A stretch of 64,000 bases of DNA from an uncultured Clostridium sp. (lineage in GTDB: Bacteria > Bacillota > Clostridia > TANB77 > CAG-508), in assembly GCA_947365805.1 (NCBI GenBank), contig CANAZY010000001.1, forward strand, positions 29,221 to 93,220. Direction: 5' to 3'. Both the position numbers and the translations under genes were made by a program. The notes under the pieces are model-generated. The model saw nothing but the letters and a program-made list of their open reading frames with translations. It ran no database searches and was not told the DNA's origin. Every line of letters starts with the position of its first letter. The first letter of the stretch is position 1. Of this stretch, positions 10,206 through 19,364 are shown piece by piece.

Positions 10206-10390
10206 TATAATATTATTCCTTTCAACGTTTGTTTTTATAGCCTATATAGTACTATATTTCTTTATAACTGTCAACGAAAGATATTTTTATCTAGTACTAT
10301 CTGTGTATATCTCTCACTTGCATTAAAATTGCATTAAAATTTTTTAGTATATCTGTAAAGTATAGATAAATCAATACTTTTAGGATTAGA

Positions 10391-10406
10391 GAGTCCTTGC
10401 ACCTCG
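10391..10406. repeat. att-like direct repeat of the tRNA-Pro 3' end (inner copy)
   Basis: CCTTGCACCTCGACCA. Confidence 0.5.
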
Positions 10407-10644
10407 ACCATACGATAGCAATTTTTAGAGAATTGCAGAAAACTTTAAAAGTCTGAAAGGGTATTAATCAATGGATTTTGGTTAATACTCTTTTTCTATG
10501 CAGTTCTCAAAAATTCTATAAAAAGTTTTAAAATAGTTCTAAAATTTATGTTTTAAAAAATTTTTAGATTAATAAAAAATGTTTTAAAAAGTTCTAAAAA
10601 ATTATATAGAGCTTTAAGCTCTTTCATCTTGGAAAGGAAAAAAG

Positions 10645-11583
10645 ATGAAAGAAATAGATTATTATAATTATTATAAAAAGAATGAAATTTTAGAAAATAG
10701 TTATTATCAAATACCACAAGAATTATTTGTTAATAGCTTATATAAAGAGAAATTAAATTCAGATAGTAAAATATTATATGCTTTTTTACTAGACAGATTA
10801 TCTCTATCACAAAAGAATCATTGGTTTGATGAATATGGTAGAGTTTATCTAATATTTACAAGAGAAGAAGTACAAGATAAACTTTGCTTATCTGAAAAAA
10901 CAGTTACAAAAGCATTTAAACAATTATTGGAAGTGAATTTAATAGCAGAAAAAAGACAAGGTTTAGGAAAACCTAATTTAATTTATGTTGGAAAAATACA
11001 ACACGAAGAAATAATTAATGATATTGAACAGAAAAATATACAAGTCTTGAACAGTAAAAATTACGGATCTGGAAAAGTAAAAAATACAACTCCTGATACG
11101 GAAATTTTACCTACAATCAATCCTAATAATATTAAAACTAATATAATCAATACTGATTCTATCAATCCTCAAAGCAATGAAGCATGTATTTCATTAAACG
11201 AAGTAAAGGAAAAATGCAAATTAAATGAATTTACAAAAGAAGAACAATCTATTTTAGAAGATGTAATTGAAAGCTTATATTATACTAATACCATAAAGAT
11301 TGGTAGTGTAGCAATTACTCATTCAAAAATATTATCTAAACTACCTTTAATAAATAAAAATAACTTAATTCAATTATTAGATATTGCTAAAAGTAGTAGC
11401 AATATTAAAAATATGACTAACTATTTAATGATTTGCTTATATAATAATTTAGGAAATAGCAATATAAAATTACAAAACAAAACTGCTAATTTTAATCGTG
11501 AATATGAAAGAAAATATCCAGATGGATTTTTCGATAGCTTATATGCTAACTTCTCATATGAAAATGCAGTAGCATCTTTGTAA
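10645..11583 (+). CDS. replication initiator protein, RepA_N family (Firmicutes plasmid/ICE type)
   Basis: YYQIPQELF...SDSKILYAFLLDRLSLSQKNHWFDEYGRVYLIFTREEVQDKLCLSEKTVTKAFKQLLEVNLIAEKRQGLGKPNLIYV matches the RepA_N signature block; AT-rich iteron-like GTTYTAAAA repeats lie upstream. Confidence 0.8.
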   Translation: MKEIDYYNYYKKNEILENSYYQIPQELFVNSLYKEKLNSDSKILYAFLLDRLSLSQKNHWFDEYGRVYLIFTREEVQDKLCLSEKTVTKAFKQLLEVNLIAEKRQGLGKPNLIYVGKIQHEEIINDIEQKNIQVLNSKNYGSGKVKNTTPDTEILPTINPNNIKTNIINTDSINPQSNEACISLNEVKEKCKLNEFTKEEQSILEDVIESLYYTNTIKIGSVAITHSKILSKLPLINKNNLIQLLDIAKSSSNIKNMTNYLMICLYNNLGNSNIKLQNKTANFNREYERKYPDGFFDSLYANFSYENAVASL

Positions 11584-11599
11584 GAATTTGCTCTGATAT

Positions 11600-11672
11600 G
11601 AAGTTGCAAGGGTATGCTCTATATTGCAACTTCACTATAATTTATAATGACAAGTTCATTATAAATTATAGC
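11600..11672. repeat. two AT-rich inverted repeats after rep (possible origin or terminator structures)
   Basis: GAAGTTGCAA/TTGCAACTTC and CTATAATTTATAATGA/TCATTATAAATTATAG. Confidence 0.45.
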
Positions 11673-11718
11673 CTAAAAATGTTAAGACATTTTTAGGTAA
11701 GCCTCGCAGAGCACATTA

Positions 11719-11770
11719 GATAAGTTTTGAAAAAACTTGTCTAGTGTGTTAGACAAGAAAATCTTATCTC
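11719..11770 (+). promoter_or_regulatory. oriT of MobV (pMV158-type) relaxase family
   Basis: Inverted repeat CTTGTCTA-GTGTG-TTAGACAAG, with the GTGTG/TT nick-site motif typical of Mob_Pre oriT, directly upstream of the mob fragment. Confidence 0.5.
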
Positions 11771-11800
11771 GTAAATTTGAGAAGGATCAAAGAAGAATAT

Positions 11801-12118
11801 ATGAGCTATGCCATAATTAGAAATGAAAAATTGACTAGGGCAAAAGCTATGGGAGCATATAAGCATAATGAAAGAAAAACAAAAAATCATTCAAATAAAA
11901 ATATAGATAGCAGTAAAACAGAACTAAATTATTATTTAAAGAAAAATGAATTAAGTTATATAAAAGAGTTTGACAGAATAAAAGAAAAATATAATTTGAA
12001 AGGTCAAATAAGAAGTAATAGTAATATAATGTGTGAAATGGTATTTACATCTGACCAGAAATTTTTTGATGAAATAGGTTACGAAGAGAGTAAAAGATAC
12101 TTTAAAGAAAGTTATTGA
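11801..12118 (+). pseudogene. MobV/Mob_Pre relaxase, N-terminal fragment only (~105 aa of an expected ~450 aa or more)
   Basis: MSYAIIRNEKLTRAKAMGAYKHNERKTKNHSNKNID matches the MobM N-terminus (MSYxxxRxxK..G..HNxR); the ORF stops early and no in-frame continuation is found. Confidence 0.7.
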
Positions 12119-12376
12119 TAGATTTAAAATTACTGTTCAAAAGTTTATTACTTGGGTGTGTCATAAGTTTTCATATCCTTCTGAGGATGACCTTATAAGA
12201 AATTTTGAGAAGGAAACATATATTAACTTTAATATTGAAAAACAACTTGATATAAACAGATTTGAGAGGAAAGAAAAAGAAGAAAATTATGAAATAGAAT
12301 TGTAAAATAGATTCTCCTCTTTAATTTTTGATAAATTTATGATAATATATGCATAAATTATAGAGGAGTTATAATT

Positions 12377-13210
12377 ATGATTTTGGATTTAAGTAAAAAA
12401 GAACATATACCAATGATTAATATGTATAAAAAATGTAAAGGTATCGCATTAGTTGACAAGTATTTGCCTAATTTAAGTCCGTTAAATAAAATGTATGTAA
12501 TTAATTCTATGGAAGATTGGGAAAAAGTTGAAAATGAATTTCCTATTCAAATGATGACAGCAAGATGTGATTGCCCAAAAGGAATTAATGGCAAATTACC
12601 CAATGGTCAAACTTTTAATAGAGATAGAGTTAGAGGCTATATAGAGGAAGTTAAATCTGCTGTGCCTGATGCAGTTATAATATTAGAAGATATGAAAAGT
12701 GGCTCTAATGAAAGAATACATACACAAGGTGGAGTAACTTTAGATATACAAATTGGTGATCATATATATATGGACTATGTAGGACCAGGATTTGATTGTA
12801 GAGAACTATGTATTGGGAAAGCAGTTCATGAGGCATGGAATATTCCTTGGGAAGAAGTTCCTTTTATGAAAGATTCTGCAATACAAAAATATAAAACTAT
12901 GGAAGTAAATCAAATGGAATATATAGAAACAGCCAAAGAAAGAGCATTGTTTTTAATTAAAGCATTTCCAGATAAAAAAGATAAGATACTTGAAACAATT
13001 CCTAAAAGATACAATGGAATTTGTAGACAAATATTTAGAGATATCAGAGAGCAAGTTATATTTCCTTTATGGTTACAACATGAGCAATTATCAAAAGATG
13101 GATTGCGTAATTTTGGTGTAGAAGTAAATATTGTAGAAGATGGAACTCTAGTTCCTATGGAAATACAAGTTCCAGATAGATTTAAAGAAAAGCAAACCCA
13201 AGAAAGGTAG
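12377..13210 (+). CDS. hypothetical protein (277 aa), island cargo
   Basis: Intact ORF with an RBS; no motif recognised. Confidence 0.4.
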   Translation: MILDLSKKEHIPMINMYKKCKGIALVDKYLPNLSPLNKMYVINSMEDWEKVENEFPIQMMTARCDCPKGINGKLPNGQTFNRDRVRGYIEEVKSAVPDAVIILEDMKSGSNERIHTQGGVTLDIQIGDHIYMDYVGPGFDCRELCIGKAVHEAWNIPWEEVPFMKDSAIQKYKTMEVNQMEYIETAKERALFLIKAFPDKKDKILETIPKRYNGICRQIFRDIREQVIFPLWLQHEQLSKDGLRNFGVEVNIVEDGTLVPMEIQVPDRFKEKQTQER

Positions 13211-13218
13211 GAATATAT

Positions 13219-13990
13219 ATGGATAAAATAATTGTAGAAGTAGGTTCAACTTGTACGAAAGTAGATAGATTTAATGGAAAGAATATAGAAAAATTAGAAG
13301 GAAAAACAATTCAGTTTAAAAAGCATTACAATGAAGATAAAAAATTGAGAGAAACTGATATTAATGAACTAACAAATAGTATAAAAGAATTACATTCTAT
13401 ATCTAAAGACATATATGTATGTGGTACAAGCATTTTTAGAACATTAAATGATACCGAAAGAAAGGAATTTCTAAATAGATTTAAAAAAGAAACAGGATAC
13501 GAATTTAATATTATTTCTCAAGAAAAAGAAAATGAACTAACAGTTTTTGGAACAACTAGATTCGTAAAAGATAAAGTATGTGTATTTATTGGTGGTGGAG
13601 GCTCTACAGAAATAGCAATATATGATAAAGGAATAAAAGAAAGTGTTAATACAAAAATTGGCGTTATAGATGTAATGCAGAGATTTCCAGATTTAGCTGA
13701 AGATACTGCAAAGACTAATCTTGAAACAGTAAAAACATTTATAAAAGAGAGATTAAAATTACCAAAAGAAAAAGCTGATATATTAATATTAGCAGGTGGA
13801 GGGCATGAAAAATTTGCAAGATACTCTGGCATAAAATATGAGAAGAATACCTTATATAATGATGGAGCCTCACCAATTATGATGGATATAGAAACAAGAA
13901 AAAGTGAAACAGAAAGATATTATAAATCAATATCTTTGGATAAAATAAGAATTAGAAGCAAAATATCTTGCGCCTCGACCAAAAAAAGAG
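13219..13990 (+). CDS. hypothetical ASKHA-fold (sugar kinase/Hsp70/actin-like) ATPase, island cargo. The ORF reads on across the island boundary to 14085.
   Basis: Two glycine-rich phosphate loops, VCVFIGGGGSTEIA and ILILAGGGHEKF. The tail after 13981 crosses the att repeat and a terminator, so it is probably not native. Confidence 0.4.
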
Positions 13991-14014
13991 ACTTTTTAAA
14001 AGTCTCTTTTTTGT
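13984..14014. terminator. bidirectional rho-independent terminator
   Basis: AAAGAGACTTTTT/AAAAGTCTCTTT hairpin flanked by A- and T-runs. Confidence 0.7.
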
Positions 14015-14122
14015 TTCTTAAAGTTGCTTACACATTTGCATTACTACATTTATCTTATCCTTCATCAATTTCCCTTTCTTTATAAACATATTTAGCAACT
14101 TCACCGTTTTCAAGTGCTAGTC

Positions 14123-14602
14123 CTAATAAGGTATTCCTTTAAAATAGCAATAAACGGGTATACTAACTCCAGCATGTGCTACTATTAATATTTGTTTATT
14201 TTCATATTTTAAATGTATATCATCAAGAGAACTATATACTCTTTGAAAAAATTTTTTAATATTTTCTGCTTTTTGATATTGTATATTTTGTTTATAGCTC
14301 CAAAATGCTTCATAGTCAAATTCTGTATTAGCCATTCCTTCAAATTCTCCAAAGTCTCGTTCTGATAATCTCTCATCAAATACTATTGGAATATTTCTGT
14401 CACTATTTATAATTTTAGCAGTTTGTATCGCTCTTGTTAATGGAGAACATACTATTAAATCTATGTTTTCATTTTTCAAAACTATCTTGGTATCATTTGC
14501 TTGTTCAATACCTTTTTCGTTTAACTCGATATCTGCCTTTCCTTGAACTTTTTTTAATGCATTCCAATCTGTTTGTCCATGTCTGGTTAATAAAACTGCC
14601 AT
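14123..14602 (-). CDS. histidine phosphatase family protein (phosphoglycerate mutase-like)
   Basis: N-terminal LLTRHGQTDWN catalytic RHG motif. Confidence 0.75.
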   Translation of the reverse strand: MAVLLTRHGQTDWNALKKVQGKADIELNEKGIEQANDTKIVLKNENIDLIVCSPLTRAIQTAKIINSDRNIPIVFDERLSERDFGEFEGMANTEFDYEAFWSYKQNIQYQKAENIKKFFQRVYSSLDDIHLKYENKQILIVAHAGVSIPVYCYFKGIPY

Positions 14603-14603
14603 A

Positions 14604-15728
14604 TTACTCTACCTCCTCATATACCTTAAAACCTCTTTTGGTAATTGATGCAATTTGCTTCATTTTACCTTGTATTTGGCCAGGATATATATCTAGAATA
14701 TTTTGTACCGTTTCCGATATTGGTTCATCACCTTCGACAGTTCCTCGAATTTTTATATCTACATCTATGTCTAATATTTGACCATCTTTAAAACTATTTC
14801 CTCCAATTTTAATGTTATCTTTACTAATTTCTATATTAGCATTTTTATTAGGTACTTTTTGTCCTAGTCCATGAGGACTTAGAGTAAAATTCATTTTGTC
14901 ATGTGTAAATCTATTGTTTTTACTAGATAAAGGATTTACAAAATAGATATCTTCACCTGGGGCTGTAAGTAATGTATACATTCCTTCTTTCCAGTGACAT
15001 CCTATACATATAGAATGTTCTGAAGGCATTCCATAATGCTGAATATTTAATATTTTTTTATCGATTAATCCATTAAAAGTAGTTTCTATAAAATATTCAT
15101 TTCTTTTCTCATTAAAGTTCTCTAAAAAATGTGCTATATTCCAGAATTTTTTTGCATACTCACCATCTAAATATCTTAAATACCTTCCTGTTTCTAAGTC
15201 TGTATATGTTTTAATTTCATTATAGTACCAATTATCTTTTTCAGGAAATAGTCCTTCTTCCATATTGCCCTCTTTATATTCTGCAGCAGAGGCATGAACT
15301 ACAATGTAATAGCCCTCTTCTAAATTTTGTTTTCCATCACAATAGCATAGTGTACAAAAATGATTGCCTCTATTATAATTCCAATCATAAGTCGTATCAT
15401 TCTTAAACGTATTTTCTACTCTATCTTTAAACTCTTGTAATGTAATTTTATTTCTTAATTTATACGCACAAACACCACATACATTAACAGTTGCGTCTAT
15501 TGGTACAAAAGGAACGTCGCAATCCCATGTTATGCATGTTCCAACAAAAAATCCTCCCATCATTCTTACTGCATCTATCGATAAACCTAAGTCTGACATT
15601 GCATAAATTTTTGCTTCTTTTTTTGAATTTGATAATTTGCTTGTTACATCTGCAATCATTTTCTCTGTTGTTCCTAAAAATTCTAATATTTTCATTTGTG
15701 TTTCGTCATTAAATGTTAAATTAATCAT
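14604..15728 (-). CDS. hypothetical protein, possibly a divergent RtcB-like RNA ligase family member
   Basis: AMSDLGL.., NRGNHF and multiple Cys/His clusters weakly resemble RtcB motifs; the assignment is uncertain. Confidence 0.35.
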   Translation of the reverse strand: MINLTFNDETQMKILEFLGTTEKMIADVTSKLSNSKKEAKIYAMSDLGLSIDAVRMMGGFFVGTCITWDCDVPFVPIDATVNVCGVCAYKLRNKITLQEFKDRVENTFKNDTTYDWNYNRGNHFCTLCYCDGKQNLEEGYYIVVHASAAEYKEGNMEEGLFPEKDNWYYNEIKTYTDLETGRYLRYLDGEYAKKFWNIAHFLENFNEKRNEYFIETTFNGLIDKKILNIQHYGMPSEHSICIGCHWKEGMYTLLTAPGEDIYFVNPLSSKNNRFTHDKMNFTLSPHGLGQKVPNKNANIEISKDNIKIGGNSFKDGQILDIDVDIKIRGTVEGDEPISETVQNILDIYPGQIQGKMKQIASITKRGFKVYEEVE

Positions 15729-15833
15729 AATTAAAAACCTTTCTATAATAAATTTGACTTACGTCTAAATTTATTATAAAAAGGTTTTTGCATTATGTAA
15801 AATACATTTTTGTACACAAAATATAACTATAAA

Positions 15834-16709
15834 TTATATTTTACTGTTATCTTTCAATGTTTCAATTACATTATTTAATTCTTTATATTTATGATTAACA
15901 TTGTAATACACTCCATATTTTACTGGAGGAAGCAAAAAGCCTACATCCAATACACATAGTTCATTGTTTGTTAGCTTTTCTTCTATATATTCCTTGGTAA
16001 TGACTGCTATTATGTCTCTAAACTTTAACAGTTCGATAATTCCAGCATAGTCAACATTATCTATATTGATTTTATCATCTTTTTTATATTCCAGTGCTGT
16101 TACTAAATTTTGATATGCACTAGAAAATTTCTTTAATGTATATATTGTTGTATTTCTTAAATCACTTTTAGAGAGTTTTTTATTTAAATATTGTGAATTC
16201 GCGTTTACGATAAATACATCATGTAATTCTCCTATTTCTATAAATTTAATTTTATTGGTATCATATAATTCATCACTATATTGTTTCGAAAAAGCAAGGT
16301 CAATTTCTTGTTTTTCTAACATAGAAAACATATTGGTAGCATTTAATCGATAAATGTTAATAATATTGTTATTTTTTTCGTAGAATTTTGAAATTCCATT
16401 ACTATATATTCTACTTGGCATATTTACATGTACACCTAATTTGATATCTTTATGCGTATTAAAAATAGAATCCGATTTTGAAAGGACGTCGATAGCATCC
16501 TTGATTTGTAAATACAATTTTTTGCCCTCTTCTGTTAGTATCATTCCATATTTACTTCTTTTAAATAATTTTACATTCAATTCATTTTCTAAATTTTTTA
16601 TGTGCTTTGTCACTGCTGGTTGTGAAATATGTAAAATGTTACTCGCTCTTGTTAAATTTTCTTCACTTGCTACAATTGAAAAAATTCTATATAATTCTAA
16701 ATTTATCAT
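15834..16709 (-). CDS. LysR family transcriptional regulator
   Basis: N-terminal HTH LTRASNILHISQPAVTKHIKNLENEL plus a substrate-binding domain of LysR length. Confidence 0.85.
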   Translation of the reverse strand: MINLELYRIFSIVASEENLTRASNILHISQPAVTKHIKNLENELNVKLFKRSKYGMILTEEGKKLYLQIKDAIDVLSKSDSIFNTHKDIKLGVHVNMPSRIYSNGISKFYEKNNNIINIYRLNATNMFSMLEKQEIDLAFSKQYSDELYDTNKIKFIEIGELHDVFIVNANSQYLNKKLSKSDLRNTTIYTLKKFSSAYQNLVTALEYKKDDKINIDNVDYAGIIELLKFRDIIAVITKEYIEEKLTNNELCVLDVGFLLPPVKYGVYYNVNHKYKELNNVIETLKDNSKI

Positions 16710-16821
16710 AAAATACCCTTCTTTATAAAAGTTTCTCCTGCTTTAATTTCATATATTTCAAAGAATTACTATTTATCCTAAGCTTTTACATAAATCATTT
16801 TACCATATGACTACCTTGTTT

Positions 16822-18082
16822 TCAATGGATTATCATAATTTCTTTCATACTATCAAATAGATACTTCTGATGTTGGGTAATGAAGTCTTTAAAATAGTCT
16901 CCTACTTGTTTTTTTGTAATCTTTTCTTTTAATAAAATGTCGCTACTAAATAGGATATCTTCTTCTAGGGTTACTTGTATTGTTCCTATTACTTTTCCTT
17001 TTTCAATTGGCGCTGTGAAATTGTTATTGTAATTTACATTTATTTTAATATCTTTTTCTTTATTTTTTAAAACTGGAATCCATGTTATTTCGTTTTTCTC
17101 TAACTCATATTGAATTTGTTCTTCTTTTGCTTTATAATATTGGATATTTTGTGCATTTTGGGATAACCAACGTTCAAATTCGTTTTGTACTTTTTCTTTT
17201 ACATTAATATACTCGTAATTGGCAAATGCATATTCGATTAATTTCACACTATCGGTTGTTCTTATTTTTTTGGTATCTGCTCCTAATACCACACAAATAA
17301 TTTGATGTCCATTTCTTTTAGTTGATGTTACAAGACATCTTCCCGCTCCATTAGTGAAACCTGTTTTTACACCATTTACGCCATTTAGGTTCCCTAATAA
17401 TTCATTGGTGTTTGATAGGTCTCTTGATTGTCCATTTATGGTAATTTGGCATGTTTTTGTATTTACAATGGTAGCAAATTTTTCGTTCTTTAAGGCATAA
17501 TCCGTAATTACGGCAAGTTCATATGCAGATGTATAATGAGCATCTTCATCTAACCCATGTGGGGTTACAAAATTGGTATTACTTAACCCCAATTCTTTTG
17601 CTTTTTGGTTCATTAAGATAGCGAATCCTTCTACACTTCCACCTACATGTTCTGCAAGTGCAATGGCTGCATCGTTTCCGAGAGCGAAGCATTAGCCCAT
17701 ATAATAAATCATTTACTGTTATGTTATCTTCTGCCTTTAATCCTAATCTTGAGCCTCCTGTTCCTCCCGCTTTTTTGGATACTTTTACTACATCTTTTAG
17801 ATTTGCATGTTCTAATACAATGATACTAGTCATGATTTTTGTGGTAGATGCCATTTTTCGTTTGGAATAACCATCTTTTTCGAATAGTACTCTTTTGGAA
17901 TCACGGTCGAAAATAAGACATGCTCTGGAATTAAGCTTAGGAATGTTATCCACATTTGTGGATGCACTTAATACTTCTTCTATGATATCGGTCGATTCCT
18001 CATCAATATCATCTGCTAATATGGTCGTAGGGATACTAAAGAAAATAGTTATTAGTAAAATTATCGTTATTATCTTTTTCAT
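16822..18082 (-). CDS. D-alanyl-D-alanine carboxypeptidase (S11, DacB/PBP5-like), split by one extra nucleotide at CGGA (plus-strand TCCG, 17677-17680)
   Basis: Signal peptide, SxxK (ASTTKIMT), then LYGLMLRS / +1 / GNDAAIALAEHVGG, restoring the conserved SGN motif; KTG(F)T lies downstream. Confidence 0.8.
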
Positions 18083-18129
18083 AAAATCACCATTTTCATT
18101 ATATTTTGAAAATGGTGATTTTATAACTT

Positions 18130-19344
18130 TTATATTTCAAATGATAATTCGAAGTTCATACCTTCGGTTAGTTTCATCATAAATGTTTTTTCCATATCTT
18201 CTGCTGCAGTGCTTAGGCTTTCTTTATAAGGAACGTTTAAAATAAAAATATTTCCTTCTTGTTTTACTTCGATTCTTCCTACAATGTTATTTTCAAAAAA
18301 GGTTTCTTTCATATATTTTGTAAAGCTTTCTATCGTAGGAAAATTCGTATTTTTAAAGTCTTGGTTTAAGTAATTGTATATGGTATTATAATCTTTTTCA
18401 TCAATTAGTTTCATTACTTTATCAATATTGGATAAGGCTTTTTCTTCATTGGTTAATCGATTATATTTTTGTAGTTGTTCGTTGGATTGAACGGTGTAAT
18501 TGTCTAGTATAATCGTATATTGATAAATTCCTGTTTCTTTTAGTTCATAATACTGATTATAATTATCAACAAATATATATTTTGTTATTCCGTTTTCTTT
18601 CGTTACTCCATGTTTTACAATATTGGCATCTTGTAATGTGTTTCTATTATTTTGAATATATGCTTTAAATTGTTCCAAATCATTGTTAAACTTTTCTTTC
18701 TTATACGTTACATCTATCAATTCAAATGCCTCTTCTGGATAATAGATTGCTTTAAATTTGTAGTCATCAAAATATATTTTTAATACTTCAAAATCATCTA
18801 CTGTCTCGCCCAAAACAATGTCATTATATTTATTTTTCTGAATAACAATATCTTCTTTATATTGTCCTTTTACCATATTATTTTTTGCATTTTCAAATTC
18901 TTGTTTCGAAGATGCACTGATTGAAAATGTATAATTTGTATAATCTAAATTTACAACCATATAATAATCATTTTGTACATTTGCTTGTTTCGTAACTCCA
19001 TAAACATATACTGTGTAATTTGTTATTTTATTTAATAAATACATTTCTTTTGCTTGAAAATTATCAATATTGATAACTTCTTCTTTCGAAATCGCTTGGA
19101 TGGCCTGTGTATCGTTTTGCTTTCTATAATCCATATATTTTTTAATATGATTACCAATATTAAAAAATTGGTCTCTATTTTCTACTCTTCTAACCTTCTC
19201 AGTTAAAAAAGTGATTAACTCATTTTTGTTATTATTAATGGTATTCTTTTGCATATTGATAAAAAGTAATAGCACTGTTGATACTACAATAATAATAATA
19301 GTAACAATTATCATAAATACTAATATCACGCTTTTTTTATCCAT
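18130..19344 (-). CDS. hypothetical membrane-anchored protein (404 aa)
   Basis: N-terminal TM segment followed by a large Asn/Tyr-rich extracellular domain. Confidence 0.4.
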   Translation of the reverse strand: MDKKSVILVFMIIVTIIIIVVSTVLLLFINMQKNTINNNKNELITFLTEKVRRVENRDQFFNIGNHIKKYMDYRKQNDTQAIQAISKEEVINIDNFQAKEMYLLNKITNYTVYVYGVTKQANVQNDYYMVVNLDYTNYTFSISASSKQEFENAKNNMVKGQYKEDIVIQKNKYNDIVLGETVDDFEVLKIYFDDYKFKAIYYPEEAFELIDVTYKKEKFNNDLEQFKAYIQNNRNTLQDANIVKHGVTKENGITKYIFVDNYNQYYELKETGIYQYTIILDNYTVQSNEQLQKYNRLTNEEKALSNIDKVMKLIDEKDYNTIYNYLNQDFKNTNFPTIESFTKYMKETFFENNIVGRIEVKQEGNIFILNVPYKESLSTAAEDMEKTFMMKLTEGMNFELSFEI

Positions 19345-19364
19345 TTTTCCCCCCTATTACTATA

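Larger units (their letters stand above)
9195..13981. mobile_element. two tandem integrated islands at the tRNA-Pro 3' end (plasmid-like mobilisable element remnant; no integrase)
   Basis: The tRNA 3'-end sequence CACCTCGACCA is repeated at 10396-10406 and 13971-13981 (CTTGCNCCTCGACCA). Content: a small ORF, a GNAT gene, RepA_N, oriT plus a MobV fragment, and two unknown genes. Confidence 0.55.

Noticed and set aside
13991-14085. C-terminal 30 residues of the 288-aa ORF
   Set aside because: This segment crosses the island att repeat and a strong terminator. It is probably read-through into non-native sequence after island truncation.
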